Origin: Antedon mediterranea
Lineage: Eukaryota > Animalia > Echinodermata
Direction: 5' to 3'
Assembly: GCF_964355755.1 (NCBI RefSeq)
Contig: NC_092676.1
Coordinates: 24,818,871 to 24,882,870 of the forward strand
DNA length: 64,000 nt
Part shown: positions 25,526 through 39,900 of the stretch, piece after piece
Layout: each line of letters starts with the position of its first letter
Numbering within the stretch: the stretch's first letter is position 1
The notes under the pieces: model-generated
The model's database searches: none
Told to the model about the DNA's origin: nothing
Seen by the model: only the letters and a program-made list of their open reading frames with translations
Made by a program: the position numbers and the translations under genes

Positions 25526-26119
25526 CCAGGTTTGTGTTTCTCTCTTGGTGCTTTTGATAAATTACATGACAAATTGTCAATTTTACTTTATAAACATCGC
25601 ATTTAGAGAGCATTAAAATAATATTATATGCATTAAAAATAAGGCACAGCGAACGATCAGCTTTTCTGCTGACCTTAACAGACCCATTACACGCGTACAC
25701 TGATTAAAAGGCACCCGGCAATTCGCCTTCATCAAGCGCCATGTGTGTAATTTAGGACGTAATTAAGCTTTAATACACGAATCTCTTTCTCACATTATTA
25801 TATGTAATTACACTAGAATATTCCCGTGCGCTGCTGCTAAGCAACCAATCTGTCGTATATCACGCGTCACTGGGCAATCAAGAAAACGCTACATACGTCA
25901 TCCGTTTATTCGTTTAATCATCATCCATCGTCAAGATAACTTGACTATTGAGAAAATGTGTACAGTATAAGAATACATCAATGACGTCATATACAGCATT
26001 ATTCCGACTGAATTGCTATAGCAACAGACATGCATTTTGACAGCTTCTTAAGGTACTTTTGATATTTCTAAATCTATGAAAAAGAACAACAAAAAAATAA
26101 ATAAAGCACAACAAATGTA

Positions 26120-29100
26120 TTTTCAATATTGTTTCATCTTCATTTTTCTTTTAATCTAAAAAGCTTATATACAGTATACCATTGACAGAGGGTATGATAT
26201 TAATCACGAAAATTTAAGACACTGAGGATGTTGATTTGACTAATCGAAAAAATCATTAAAATAATACAATAATATTCTCTAGTAACTAATTATTTACATA
26301 ACAATAAACTCTAAACTTTCAATCTTAGTAAATCTGCTTATACAGACTTAAACCGGAGAGAAAAAATAGGGGAAATAAAGACAACATGCGAAGGCTATAT
26401 CAACACTGCAATGCAATAACTATAATACAACAGGTATAAAATAAAAACTGTTCATTAAAAACGATTGGATTAATATTAAATAAGTTAATTTTATCAATAA
26501 CCAATTCAATTAATAAGTTAGTTTTATTGATGATTAATAATTATATTGTAAAAAATATTTCTTTAATGACTATAGTAATTAGAACATCTGTCATATTAAA
26601 TATTATGTTGTTTTATCTGAACAATCTTTACTAATCAAAAACTCATTTAAAAACATTCGCCATTTACAAGAAAAGAAGAAAATTATTTGGCACTCCATAC
26701 TTTGCATACTTGGCACTCCATACTTTGCAGCTTCCACTAGTTTTTCCTTGTAGTATAGTACGATAAAAAAAAAATGTCAAGACTTTTTCTTTTACTAGGT
26801 AACAACAAAGACTACACTTATGCCAATTCAAGTTGTGATAGCTTCTGTGACTGATACCAGTTTCCGAATTTAGTTTTGTTATGCTCTATTGTTTGTAAGT
26901 ATATACTACCTATAATATAATTTCAACTCGTTCTTAGAACTGCAAAGAACTCACTAAACGCAATAATATGTTATGCATTCAAAGAGGGAGGTTCCCAACA
27001 CCAATCTTTGTACGAGTATATGGTGGGCGGGACAGATGTAATAAGTCAGCCTAACTTATGCATGATAGTCATTCCTCACAGAACATTACACCTCAATAGC
27101 TAATGTCCATAGAGGTCTTTTCTAATAAAAAAGAAAGCATTTGGTTTCAAATTTGTCAATGATGAGGATAATTATCGTTACAAACTAGATACATGGTTCA
27201 ATGCCAAATCTTTTTCTACATTGTATTCAAACACAAGCCCATGGGGCTATCATAATGACTATAAAATGCAATACAAATTTGTGTCCAATTCTGGATATTC
27301 ATCTAACACAACATAGTACATTAAGATACAGGTTAAACTCAATATCTTAAGCTCTGTCTACACTATCAAACTAGTTTGACAAAAAAGTGTGACGTTTCCA
27401 CATGGTAGTGATATACTCAAATATAGTAGTGATATAATCATCCATCCATCCATTTTATGGGAATTCATTGTTCATATTTTACATAATATAAAATACAGGT
27501 TTCTAAATAAAGATTTGATAGATTATCGGGAGTAGTAACAAATTCTTTATCAACAAAATTCTACAATAATTCTTTTAAACGACCCCTCCTTCTTAAAGAT
27601 TTCTAATAAAAAACAACATGCTACGATAGAATTGCAGAAATAAAATTACGTGATAGTAATTGATTTTTAACAAATGCAAATATTTAACAGATTTTATCCA
27701 AATGTCTTCTATTAGAGTATCTACATTATTTAATATTTCAGTGATTTTCACAGTCGTGTCTCATTTCTTATATGCCTGTGCCAGCATCACACATACAGTA
27801 AATGAGAACTGGAAGTAATAATAACTCCAAAAACCTGATTTTAATTTGCTAAATCTATCTGTTAACATACAAAAACATAAGAAAATTTACATCCAAATTT
27901 ATATATATATATATATTTTTCAAAAAAATAAAGAACTTTAAAACAAGGACTTCTTGAAACAAAAAGAGTTTAAACAGAGTATCATCATCAACTACTAGTA
28001 AAGTAGTTTATAAACGTAAATATAATACATATTTAATGTATACTAACAGATCGGGGAATTAACTGAAAGCATAACAAAATGTACTTATTATACTACAATA
28101 TCTGTGGCCAGCAATTCAATTATAGATGTTGTTACATATGCAGCGACATTTTCCCTAAATATATATTTTCCCAGCAAAATTGAGATGCTATTTCCAATAA
28201 ATCAATTTCTAATGCTTATTAATTATATACTGTTTTGTTTTAAAAATACACAAACATTCATTCTTCTTACTGGATTCTTCATATAAACTCTTATTTATGC
28301 AAAATAAACTGCAATTTTGTTTAGAAAAACTATTTAAGATATATTATATATATTTCACAGATGCCGTTGGACGTACTTTAAATCCAAAGTTTTGTCCACT
28401 CTCTTTCAAACAAACGATCTTCCCTATGACCTATGACCTATTTCCATGATGGTTGCTTGGTTTCTATACCTCATGGTATAAGTCAATAGTTATATAGCAT
28501 GTAATATTTTTTACAAGCATAATAGTAGGGTATGTATGTTTTTTTTATTTAATATCATACAATACTACATTTTCTTGGTCAATTGGTATCAACCAAAATC
28601 ACAAAAGCAATATAACTCATTGATCATGGATTCAATAACAAGAAATCAAGCCATTTGTTACCAATATTTTCTCAATTACATTGACATTGTAGTTGGATAC
28701 AAGAAGACTATTTAAATCTTCATTTATTTCAATTATTGTATAAATATACAATATGTTGAAACCTTAATTTTCTATGTTCATATATTATACTATTTACAAT
28801 GTTAAACAAAATAGATAACACATTAATAATCATTATAACACACCTAAGTTTATCCTTGCAATTTGATTGGATGGTTTTGTAAACCATTTGATTGGTTGAG
28901 TGCCATGCATTATTTTCTCCCATTTCAATGATTGAAAGTGGTACTATTGCACAGTTGCAAAGATTTCTCTAGAACAGTAGGTGTGTTATAAACAAAAAGT
29001 GATGTTTTGTATTCATTGAATGGAAATAAATATTTGTTCAAAGCCTGACAATACTATTCAACTTGGCTTAGCCTAGTAACAGGTGATCTTTTAACCCATT

Positions 29101-29752
29101 CAAATATTCTACCTATTCAACTCATAAATATTCATCATATTTTTGTTGACTAATAAAAAATAATAATCACCGTGGTGAAACAATACTATAAATTCTATTT
29201 ACAAAGTACTAGGATAAAAGGAAGAAAATAATAATGTTTGTTTAAAAAAATATTTTTTTAAACTAATAATTTTGTAAATGTAACACACATATTTTTAAGT
29301 CTTAAGAAAATATATATATATATTATAGGTACATTCTTAATGTACCGATAACTATTCCACCGCCAGATCATTTATTTTGTGTATGTAACAGTTATTGATG
29401 CTTTTTGTTTAAATCCTTTTACTCATTGCTAACACACATACTACTGTTATTATACCATTATTATAATTTTGGTTAATTCATATCTCAAGATGATATATTA
29501 TTTTTGTGTACAAAATAGTGTACTTTTTTTCAATGGAAGCAAGTTACGGAAGTATCTCATATGTCCTGATGATCAGTTAAGGAAAGTTGCCCAAAACAAA
29601 GTCAATCGTCTTTCTCTTTTATTTTACGCAACGGTTAACACCTCCATTTTGTTTCTCACAACAATTTTTTCCCACAAGGAGTACAGCACATCTTATTGTT
29701 GCTACAGCTCTATGTCAATCCTTAGGTATACCGATTGAATCACAGAACAAAC
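26120..29752 (-). other. Putative non-coding terminal exon (3'UTR) of FoxO
   Basis: Acceptor ttttgttattattcttgtag| at 29753; ATTAAA at 26155-26150 followed by a U/GU-rich tract; matching donor 1 nt after the FoxO stop. Confidence 0.55.
27350..27462. mobile_element. Harbinger MITE H1, 3'-truncated
   Basis: TTA|AGCTCTGTCTACACTATCAAACTAG plus internal motifs. Confidence 0.7.
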
Positions 29753-29926
29753 CTACAAGAATAATAACAAAAATTAATTAATTAACTTTACATTTTGCTA
29801 TTTAAGACTTCATTCATCGTAATAACAATCAACAAAATAAACACCCAAAAATAATTGACAATTGTTAATTTTGCAGGTACTGTATTAACATTCTTGATAA
29901 TAAATAACTATACAGCATACTATTAA

Positions 29927-29989
29927 AGCTCTGTCTACACTATCAAACTAGTTTAACAAAAAATAAAGTTTGATAGTGTAGACAGAGCT
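29927..29989. mobile_element. Minimal 63-bp H1 copy, essentially two TIRs
   Basis: Perfect 23-bp TIRs around a 17-bp spacer; TAA/TTA flanks. Confidence 0.85.
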
Positions 29990-30229
29990 TTAGTCATTTA
30001 CACGTCAATTTCTGCACTGCAACTTTTCATTACATTATTTATGAATTGGAAAGTTGCATTTTGACATGCATATGTAACAAAAGAAAGTAGAGAAACATGC
30101 TGAATATATTACAAACCAAAGTAACCGGGGAAAAACCGATTGACGGAATGGATGTGAAATTGAGAGTACTATACACTAGTAAATATGATCAAAATCAACT
30201 TATGAAGTGAGATATAAAACCATCATTAT

Positions 30230-30460
30230 AAACAATATACCTCTACAGCATTTTAGTTATGTAAAGGAATATTATAATTGAAGTAATACCCTACTAAAAA
30301 ATTATACTATATAATACCAGATATTTTTTTTAAGTGATAAATAAAACAATAATGTTAAACAATGTATACCTCTACAGTATTTCAGTTAATGTAAAGGCAT
30401 ATTATATTTTATAATTTAAGTAATACCCTACTACAGTATTACAAAATTATATACTAGATA
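30230..30460. repeat. Diverged ~130-bp tandem duplication
   Basis: tatacctctacag...gtaaagg...agtaataccctact...aaaattatacta occurs twice. Confidence 0.7.
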
Positions 30461-30495
30461 CTTTTTTAATGAGATCATCCTAAGATTTTAATAAT

Positions 30496-30859
30496 TGTAA
30501 CGAAATCTGATAACTATTCATTGTGAATAACGAGATTGCCTTAGGGAGTCCCTAGCTTCCTGGCCAACCTTTAATGGCTGCCATTTTAAGTGGGCGTGAA
30601 CGACTGAAACAGCATGTAATTCACTTTGTTCGGGTTAGATAAGAACAAATTGGGTTTCTCCATTCTAGGAAAGCAGCTCTCCTTAAGCACTACAGGAAAC
30701 ACTGAGCCACCTTGTTGGCTGGCTCAGTGACATGTCTGTCGCTTTGGTGCTAGGCCCAGCAACACCTGGCTCATATTAAATAGTGAACTTGATAATATGA
30801 GAGTCATTTCATGTTATTATTGTTGCTGTGTGTATTCTGTATTGTGAGAAGTTTCGACA
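30496..30859 (+). mobile_element. Possible solo LTR
   Basis: TGTAACGAAA...TTTCGACA ends, GC-richer than flanks, internal ATTAAA; no clear TSD. Confidence 0.3.
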
Positions 30860-32072
30860 TATGCTGCACCAAGAAACAAAAGTTTGAATTAACTACAGTA
30901 TACTCTACTGTATGGAAACAATGGTCTTAAATTTCTCAAAGGAAATTATTCTTACTAGAACTAAAACAAAAATATATAATATAAAGTATGAATTCTAAAA
31001 ATATAGAACAATAAATTATGTCGATGAGGAAATTATGATTTTAATGATATCAAGTTACAGTAAGAAAATATCTTAATATTTTATTTTTTATTTAAGCACA
31101 AACACAGCAATTTGTGTATTCTAATTTCAGGGGATAATTACTATTCCCTATTCTTACTCTTGTACTGCAATGTACTTTGTGTTCTAAAATTTTACAGATT
31201 TTATTCTATTTTGATATTAGGTTGCCATGAGAAAAACCAATTTTAAATCTTTCGTTGAATTATTTGACAATAAAGTTATCTTGTATCTTGTACTATAATA
31301 ACTAACTAGTGGTCTAACATAATGTGAATACCAACAGTTGGTTTCCACCTTAATTACAGTAATCACATTATTTTATTGAATAATGGATCCATTCAATGTT
31401 AGGATGTAGGTCACAAGGTCAAAGTTTTTCTCATGGCTCAATTCAACAAGCCATGAATCAAAGAAAAAGACAGTGCTTTGACTTTGTGTCCCAGTAGAAA
31501 GGAAATGAGAGTCCTACCCTAAAAACGCCCTTTGGTGTTCAAGGACGAAAAGCAAGAGTATCAGATTTCTCAGAATTACATAATAAACTTGAATTATAAC
31601 TTGAGGTAGATGTACTTAATCTGTCTACACCCTTTTAATAAATTACTATTTTTAACACACAGTGTTGTTTATTGCCAACCAACAGCCATGTTAAAATTCA
31701 CCATACAAACAATGACAATTAGTTAGCCTTTTCTAAAAGGCCTTTACTGTTGCGTACAGAGTGCAAAAGAGCGGTACAAAATTTGAAAAAAACATGGCCC
31801 TGAAAAGAGCTTGTTGAATAAAGTAAAATATTCATCATTTTACGCATGAATGGTTTCGGGACACAATTTATTGTTAGTGCTTTTTTAGTTGGGAACAACA
31901 CTAAAAACTGTGAAAACAATGAGTTTCTTTGTTTTTTTGTGAAAAAATTACAAATTTATAACAAAATATATTGCCTTCCTGATTGCTCATTACAATTTTG
32001 ATTTGTTTATTAATCTTTATTTTTCATGTTTTGAGGAATATCTAAGGCTCGACTCAAGATAAATATTATACA

Positions 32073-32248
32073 ATACTGGACTCTCTGAAAACCAGAAAGT
32101 TTCCCAATACCAGACTTTTCTTGAGGCCTAAAAAGTCCCAAATTTGTTTTTACAATTAAAAACACATTCTGAATACCCAACTTTCCAGAAAACCAGACAT
32201 ACAGTATTTGGCTAGCTCAAAGGTGTCCGGAATTGGGAGAGTCGACTG
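32073..32248. mobile_element. pogo/Tigger-like MITE
   Basis: Ends GAGAGTCGACTG|TA; homologous to 32836-33032. Confidence 0.7.
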
Positions 32249-32835
32249 TAATTTAACAAGACAAAACTAAATCTTTTTTTGAGAAATACTGTAGAATGTA
32301 TTTACAGTACATAGGCAACTTATTTTACACCCTACCTCAACCCAAACTAAAAGTAACACAACACACATGCAACTGATATTAATTAAGACAAGGCTAAATC
32401 TTTCTATAGTGTTAAGTGCACTTTTTAGTTTTTCCATACCGCGATAAATATGTGTGTAAAGATGTACAGTAATTTCAGAAAATAGTAGATCCAGTAGTAC
32501 AGTTACATACACAACCCTTAATTAAATGTAGATTAATATTGCTTTAGTTAGAATGATCCAGTTAATAGTCACTGGTAGGTGATGATAGCCGAGGTGATGA
32601 TAGCCAAGGCAATATTATGTTTAGTTAAGATCGTACTAATTTTAAATTACCAAACATTCAATTTTAATTGTTTGTTTGAAATTAACCACATAGTCGGTGA
32701 ACATTTGATTAGATTAGTTAATATAAAGTTATTCAAACAATATTAAGTAAAGAGCAAAAATATTCCTATGATATTACATGGTATTACTTTACTATATATT
32801 TGAATTTAATTATAATTAATACCTACAGTATACTG

Positions 32836-33032
32836 CAGTCAACTCTCTGAAAACCAGAAACTCTCCCAATATAGCGATGTTTGACAATAAATGCTGTACA
32901 AGCAGCGCATTCATACCAGACCTTTATTGAAGTCATTTTTATCATTAAAAACACATTCCGAATACAAGACTTTTCGGAAAACCAGACTTATTTGGTCAGC
33001 CCAAAGGTGTCCTGTATCGGGAGAGTTGACTA
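32836..33032. mobile_element. pogo/Tigger-like MITE, second copy
   Basis: TIR CAGTCAACTCTC...GAGAGTTGACT; shared gaaaaccagaaa/aaaggtgtcc motifs. Confidence 0.7.
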
Positions 33033-34324
33033 TTATTATCTTAAAGCTATGCCTACACACTCTTTTCTCTATGATCAGAGCTTACAATCAATTTAGATGT
33101 TAACATCCGATATTCTCCCATTGTATTCCGGCAGAGACACACAGACAAATATACTGTATTAAGAGTAGAATCATTAATTATACTACATTTATTTCCTAGG
33201 ATATGAATCTAGCATTAATTTTCCGCAACTAAATGGGAATTTATAAATTAGTTATTTTTTATGTGTGGATCGAGCTGGCAGCTGCTACCAATGCACGTTT
33301 GACGCTCATCCAAAACATGAAACATTGCGAGATATGAGATACGGTACTGTATGTAACCCTAGGTGAAACAATTTTGCCTTTTTATTTTGCCAGGTCTGTA
33401 TAGGCCTGTATACAGTAGCTGCAGAATTATTTCCCCAAATTTGGTTTTCTGCATAGTGTCTACAACATACAGTACAAAACTTGGAAACACTGACTAGTTT
33501 TATACCACAACTCTACCGAATAAATTTGAAATGTAACTTCCGATTAACCTTACATAATGATAAATTTCATTTGCAGAGAAATGAAGCTAATAGTAATAGC
33601 GATTTTTACGCTCGTTGCGAGCGAAATCCATGAATGTTGCTACGACTAGAAAACACTAGCAGATGTTACTAGCTTATCCATTTAATGGATTAACATTTCA
33701 TGCTCATTCTATAGCAATTCCGCAACGAAACCTGCTTCCAACATTTCAGAGTGCAAATCATCCGCATTAAAGATTTACAAGTACAAGCAATTGTTAGCCT
33801 TCAACTGAAGATTAAATACATTTTTTTTCCCTTTTAACTGTAGTAGTACAGTACACTGAGAAAAATTTGAATACAATATGTTCAGTATGCTGGTACCGGT
33901 TTTAAACCAAACTTGTTTCTTTATTCATTTAGGTTTGCTAAAACATTTTTTAAATAAGTAAATGCATGCAAAACATGTGCAAAATTGTAATATTCCCTGG
34001 AGTCATTTTTGACTACTACAGTATGTATAGAATTTTGTAAAAGTTCAAAGAAAATGTGAACACCAGAGCACTGTAGTTTATAATTAGAAATGAGCTAATC
34101 AAAGGGATCATCATTTTTTACACATAAATCATATCAAAATTAACATTCTTTTATATAACAAAATGAAATATTATGAAATGCTTAAAGCGGTAGACAACTT
34201 TATTCTATAAAAAAGTTGCACTTTTGGCAACCTGTCATATTTGGAAAGCATGTTACAGTAAGAATTCAAGGAATCTAGGGTGCAAGTTATACTCTGAAAG
34301 CAGGATGTTATACAGAGTACATAT

Positions 34325-34424
34325 TATTAAAGTATAGATAAAATAACTGATGCACATTTAAGCACAGCCATCCCTATTAAAGTATAGATAAAACAACTGA
34401 TGCACATTTAAGCACAGCCATCCT
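34325..34424. repeat. 50-bp tandem duplication
   Basis: tattaaagtatagataaaa(t/c)aactgatgcacatttaagcacagccatcc x2. Confidence 0.9.
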
Positions 34425-34530
34425 TTAAACATTTCTACTGTATTGGAATTAAATCCAATACGAAAGACAAATAAAATACAATTTAATTTTAATAATTATC
34501 ACCAACTACTGTACCATCCAGTGGAATTCA

Positions 34531-34800
34531 ATATCCTCGGGTATAAGCCCACATTGGGTATAATCCCACCTCCTACTTTATGTCTGATTTCACAAGCAGG
34601 CATATCGCCCAGGTATAGTCCCAGTATTGACTTTCGGTCTGAATGTAAAGCAAGCCTTTCTCTTGCCCGTTCAAAGTTCAGTTTTAACAAGAAATGCTTA
34701 CCAATCATTTTTTTCATGAACGAGGGGTCGCTCCGGTATAGTTCCACCCTTCAAAGTCGGCCAAATTTCGTGATCTGGGATTATACCACAGGATATACGG
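34531..34800. mobile_element. Tc1/mariner-type MITE (CCGTA-type TIR)
   Basis: atatcctcgggtataagccc ... gggattataccacaggatatacgg|TA inverted ends; internal ggtata(a/g)(g/t)ccca repeats. Confidence 0.6.
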
Positions 34801-36214
34801 TAACTAATGTAGGGGCCCTCATGAGACAAGCTATTGCTTCTAGTGTGTACAACTATGAATGAATGAATGAACTAAAATCTGATAATACGATATTCAATTG
34901 TACATTGTATCAATGTACTGTGCATGACATCATCATCAACATTGTTGTATCTACATATCATAGTATTATTAGTAGCAGTGCACATTTATACAACAATACT
35001 CTCTCTAGTAGTAAGTTTATGACGTCCACGGTCCTAGCATGTTTTCAGGTGTTTGAATCTCAATGTTTTAACACTACATATTGTTTCTTTTATCAATTAG
35101 TGAATCGTACAACTGTTCAATTGACAGCCTCAAGTGTCAAAACTCCCTAGTTTGGATATGAAGTGTGAACAAGGTATAATTGACTGTCAATAGCTGCTCT
35201 GATTTGGTGTTGGATTTGATGAAAATTGATTTTTATGATTAAAAGACTTTTTAAATTTATACCCTTTTCACACATTTGCAAACACAGTTTCTTCTTCCAT
35301 CTATCTCCTATCTGATTTTAATATTGAGTGGTAGTATGGTTGACTTTCCCAAAACACCAGACTTTCTGAAAACTTTCCCAATAAACCAGTATATTAAATA
35401 AAAAATACATTTTTTTACCAGGTAATTCATTCTCTTTTTTTTACCAGGTATATTCATTCTCTTTTTTTTACCACAGGTAAATTCATACTCTCTTTTATAT
35501 TCTCATATCTACCCAAATATCAACAGCATCAAAAGCATAGCAAATTGCAATAGTGTAAAAAGAATATAGTTCTATTGAAGTGTAAATATTTCTATTGGTG
35601 TAAATAATCAGTATTGATAAATAGAATTTAGAGCAGTGAACTTCAATGTATTTCCTTGTGTCAGCTGAGTCAAGTAATTGACCTCAACAGAGGTCAAGGT
35701 AATGACCCAGTATAATAAGTGGCAATCTTTGGAGTGAAGCATTGTGTGTATAAAAGCAATGTATAGTCAGGCAATTGTGAGTCACAGATAAGGAATGGAA
35801 AAAATCAGTAAAAATGAATAGTTTTTAGTAGGCCTACTGTACTGATTAGTAATAGTTAACTACTATCTTTTGAACAGGACAGCATTGTTTATTCAATGAT
35901 TTGTAAAATATACGTAAAAACACATACAAATTTGAATTTGTACAGATTTCTGTTTTGAGCCAACCACACCCCAAACAAGAGGGCCCCTAAATATCAGTGA
36001 ACCCCCTGGGCTAAACTGGAAGGTTACCCTTTTTAAAGATGGTTGAATATAAAATAAATGCCACCAATTTCTTGGCAGCATCTTGAGCACATTAAATGTT
36101 ATGTTATTGTCATTTTCTTACTCCATGATGACACAAATTGGTTTTTAAGTGGAGGAGAGTTGGAGCCAATGTACATACATTACTATTTATTTTTTTTAAA
36201 TTTCATACGCATCC

Positions 36215-36426
36215 AACAGCGAGTAACTCGCCAATTACAGGACGGATAAACTATTTTATAATGTATCATACTTGTAAACTCATTTGAGGCTTAGAGAGTG
36301 GAGTTAAAAGAGTTGTGAGTTACAACCCTGGCACTAGGTCAGGATTGAACCCTGGCACTAGGTCAGGATTGAACCCTGGACCTTAGAATTGGAAGGCAAG
36401 CACGTTAACCACCAAGCTACAGCTCC
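36215..36426 (-). mobile_element. tRNA-derived SINE, second family, with a 24-bp internal tandem duplication
   Basis: Minus strand GGAGCTGTAGCTTGGTGGTTAACG...GGGTTCAATCCT (A/B boxes); aaccctgg at 36324, 36348 and 36372. Confidence 0.65.
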
Positions 36427-36922
36427 ACTTCAATTCAATCAATTTTCACATCTAGTCAATTTACAAGCAACATACCAATATACTTACAGTATTAAATAAA
36501 GATAAAATCTGTTTAATTTACAATTTAGTATTTGAATTGTAATATATTGTAGATAAAGAACATGGGAGTTTTCTCGAGTATAATTCACAACAAGGGAAAT
36601 ATCTTCACTATAATAGACTCATTGTTTCGATGCAGATAAGACAATGTCACAATAATTCTTTAACGCTAACTACTGTATTGTATATTCATTGTTTTTAATA
36701 TCACACAGATAACGCAGAGATTGAATAACTGTCCATAATAAAAATTATTACTAATTTTAGTTGCATACTGATAGATGGTATAAACTGTATGTGAGGAGTA
36801 ACTTTAAGGGTTATCATTGTTTTAATAGTATATCTCTCCGTGATTGATGTGAAGTATATCATACACAATTATATATCATTTCTAAAAATGTAGAAAAATG
36901 TACAACCGAAACTTCAATGTTA

Positions 36923-36999
36923 AGCTCTGTCTACACTATCAACCTTTTACAACAAAAAAATGTGATGTGCCCATAGACATGATGATGTCATCACAGTAG
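36923..36999. mobile_element. Harbinger MITE H1, truncated
   Basis: TTA|AGCTCTGTCTACACTATCAA followed by tgtgatgtgccc. Confidence 0.7.
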
Positions 37000-39900
37000 C
37001 CTACAATATTATCACTTGAGAAATTGTTAACAAAGGATACATTTATGTATTCAATTTAAAGAGACATTTATAAAACACCCGACCAGTTGATCAAACTTAA
37101 TGTGACATAAATATTCCAATAAAGCCGATTCCGACTGATTTTACTTTCTATAAAATCTGCCATCTTACATTTTAATATGGCAGATGCACGCCGATATATT
37201 GATTAAATGAATTATCTTCACTGTGTTATCCAGATGATTGTACGCTGTTCAACAAGTAATGGGTATATAAATGCTATCTTCTTGTGTTATGGATTTAGTT
37301 CATCAACATCTTTACTTAAACACCAGTACAATAACTGCAATTCTGATTCTGTTGCATACCCATAAATAATCATCTCGAAAAATAGAATTGACAGAAAGTC
37401 CAGATGCCTCATGAATTATGATTTTCAACGATTCAACTCGTCATTATATCTTAGTGTAATTCTGTAATACTTAAGCATCTCTATCTTTTAATATCAATTT
37501 CAATGGTGACCTTTTTACTTGATTGAGGACAGGTTAAAATCAATTAAGCAAATGGCTTTAGTTACTATACTTATTTAAAATGAGGCATATTTTAAAATTG
37601 TACAGTTGTTGGTCTTCAGGACTTAGACTATGATTAAACTTTCACTTTAATAAGCATTTAAAACACTTTATCGTTAAATGTTTCTTGTAAATGTTTAAAA
37701 AAGTAAGCACTGGATGTACATGACAATAATCTCTAGCTAGTACAACAACTATATAGTCACCTACATTGTGTCCAGCCATTCAACTTCCAACTGGCTATGT
37801 GCCAAAAAGCAGTTAATTGGATCATTAAAATGGAACATATTGAACATTAATTATTTCATTACTAATTTATTCTTTACACAGGTTACAAATGTCTGTCATC
37901 TGGGAGTTTCTGAGGAATTCAAGATAGATTGGAAAACATTATGGGACTATATAGTATAATATTTCTATCTATTCTATTTCATCTGTAAAAATGAGTTGCT
38001 AGGCACTCAGAATTACAAAAGTATACCATTCTACTGTACTTGCAAGGTGTCTCTCTTTTCCTTAAATTTTCCGCTCTCCAATCTTTTCCATTAATTTTGT
38101 CATCTATATTGTTATTTTCAAAGATTATCTCAAGGATTTTTATTTTCCAAGATTATTTCTGGGATTTCATTAAAAAAATTACATGTTTTAAAAATCTTAA
38201 TAAATTATCAATAGTAGCAGAGCTGTGCAATTAATACTGTAGTTAACCAGCATAAGGAAACCAATCCAGGTAAGCAATGCCTACATTTATAAAGAGGTTA
38301 TTGAACCCTGATATATAGTATGGTTGTTGGTCAGTTGGGTCTCCCTCAATTACAGTTGATTAAAACGCTATTCCATATGGACAGGAAAGACGAAATTAAA
38401 AAAAGCAAGGATATGAAATGAACTTCTTCTATCTAAGAAGGCTGTAATGAGACTTTCATTGCAAATTGCGCTTACATCCGTTCTTAATGTACGAAACAAT
38501 GACAAATTATCAGAGGTTGGTTAGACCAGGTAAGCTGGATTAGTGGCAAGGGAACCCAGCTCATTATTTTCATTTAGCAAAGGCTTGGACAATACCATCT
38601 GGTAGATGTTGTGATATTTCAAAAAGAAATTTCTTTTTTTCGAACAACCAAAATAAATTTTATAACCCCCAAATTTATTTTAGTTAAAAAGGAAACCCTT
38701 TTTACTTATAACAACAAATATATTGTAATACAGTCCAACATCTTGATATGATCAACATTCTAGCACTCCTTGTGTGGGCTTATTTTCTGCCAGAGAAATT
38801 AACTACTGTACCCATGTTTTTAACTACAGTATTAGTATTAATGGAAAATGAAAAGCAAATAATGCGTGAAATCTATAAAAAAAATAACTGAAAAAATCTT
38901 ACATAGGATTCTGAATAAATGCATGACTCACTTTAACTTTGAGATATAGATATAATAATACTGTTAAATTGATATGAATTCTTGTATCTAGTAGCTAACG
39001 AGAATGAAACATGGTATAGGAATGAAAACACAATGTGAAAAACTGTTTTACTAGACAGTCAATTAGGTGATGTGATGTGAGTAGCATAGAGATATTAAAG
39101 AACATCTCAATGGGACACCTCAAAATGGCCGACTGTATTATTCAAATAATAACCTAAACTATTATGTAACTTTAAAACTGGCATCTGATTGGCCGATTTA
39201 TACTCTCATATTGGGTGGTCCATCTTCATGGAATTGACAGTCTAATTCTTAATGTATGGCATTTAAATCTCCCGCAGTTTGTCAGGGAAAGTTTTATTTT
39301 TTAAATCATGCATTGTATTGTATGTACATGACTTAACAGGCCTTTTAGGATAGAGTGAGTGCTGAATACAAAGTACATGATAAAAGCGATTCATATGCTG
39401 ATTAGCAAGGCAACAGTACACAATTTAGTGGACACTACAAGCACGAAATGCACCCGAGAATGTCAGCTTTATCCTATTTACAGTATTATAAGCACCTACT
39501 TGAGATGTGTGTGGGAAAAATATTATAAATGAAATGTGTGAAATTAAACAATGTTGGACAAGGATTGAATCTCATCAGTCCAGTTGGCACAGGTGGTTTG
39601 ACTGATAATTATAGATACATTGATAATCAATAATGAATCTTTAATTACCAGCAATTCATATTATTAATTTCTATATTTAAATATAACACCTCTTAGTATG
39701 TTTCCACAGCAATACAATTTCTGTGTACTATAGTAAGGTCTTTAGAGTAGACTTGTTCGCAATGGACTTGTAAAATGAAAATATTAACCTATAACTTTTC
39801 TAAAGGCTATCTAGTAATTAGTAATAGTTTTAATCCTTTAGTTTTGCCAAAATGTAACTGTGATGTTAAAAACTATGATTGAAACTATGGAAAATGAAAA

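Noticed and set aside
27747-27754. miR-27 8mer site in the inferred FoxO UTR
   Set aside because: miR-27 is not known to me outside vertebrates, so this is probably a chance match
34443-34862. 139-aa and 82-aa ORFs
   Set aside because: They overlap a MITE and show no recognisable domain or transposase motif
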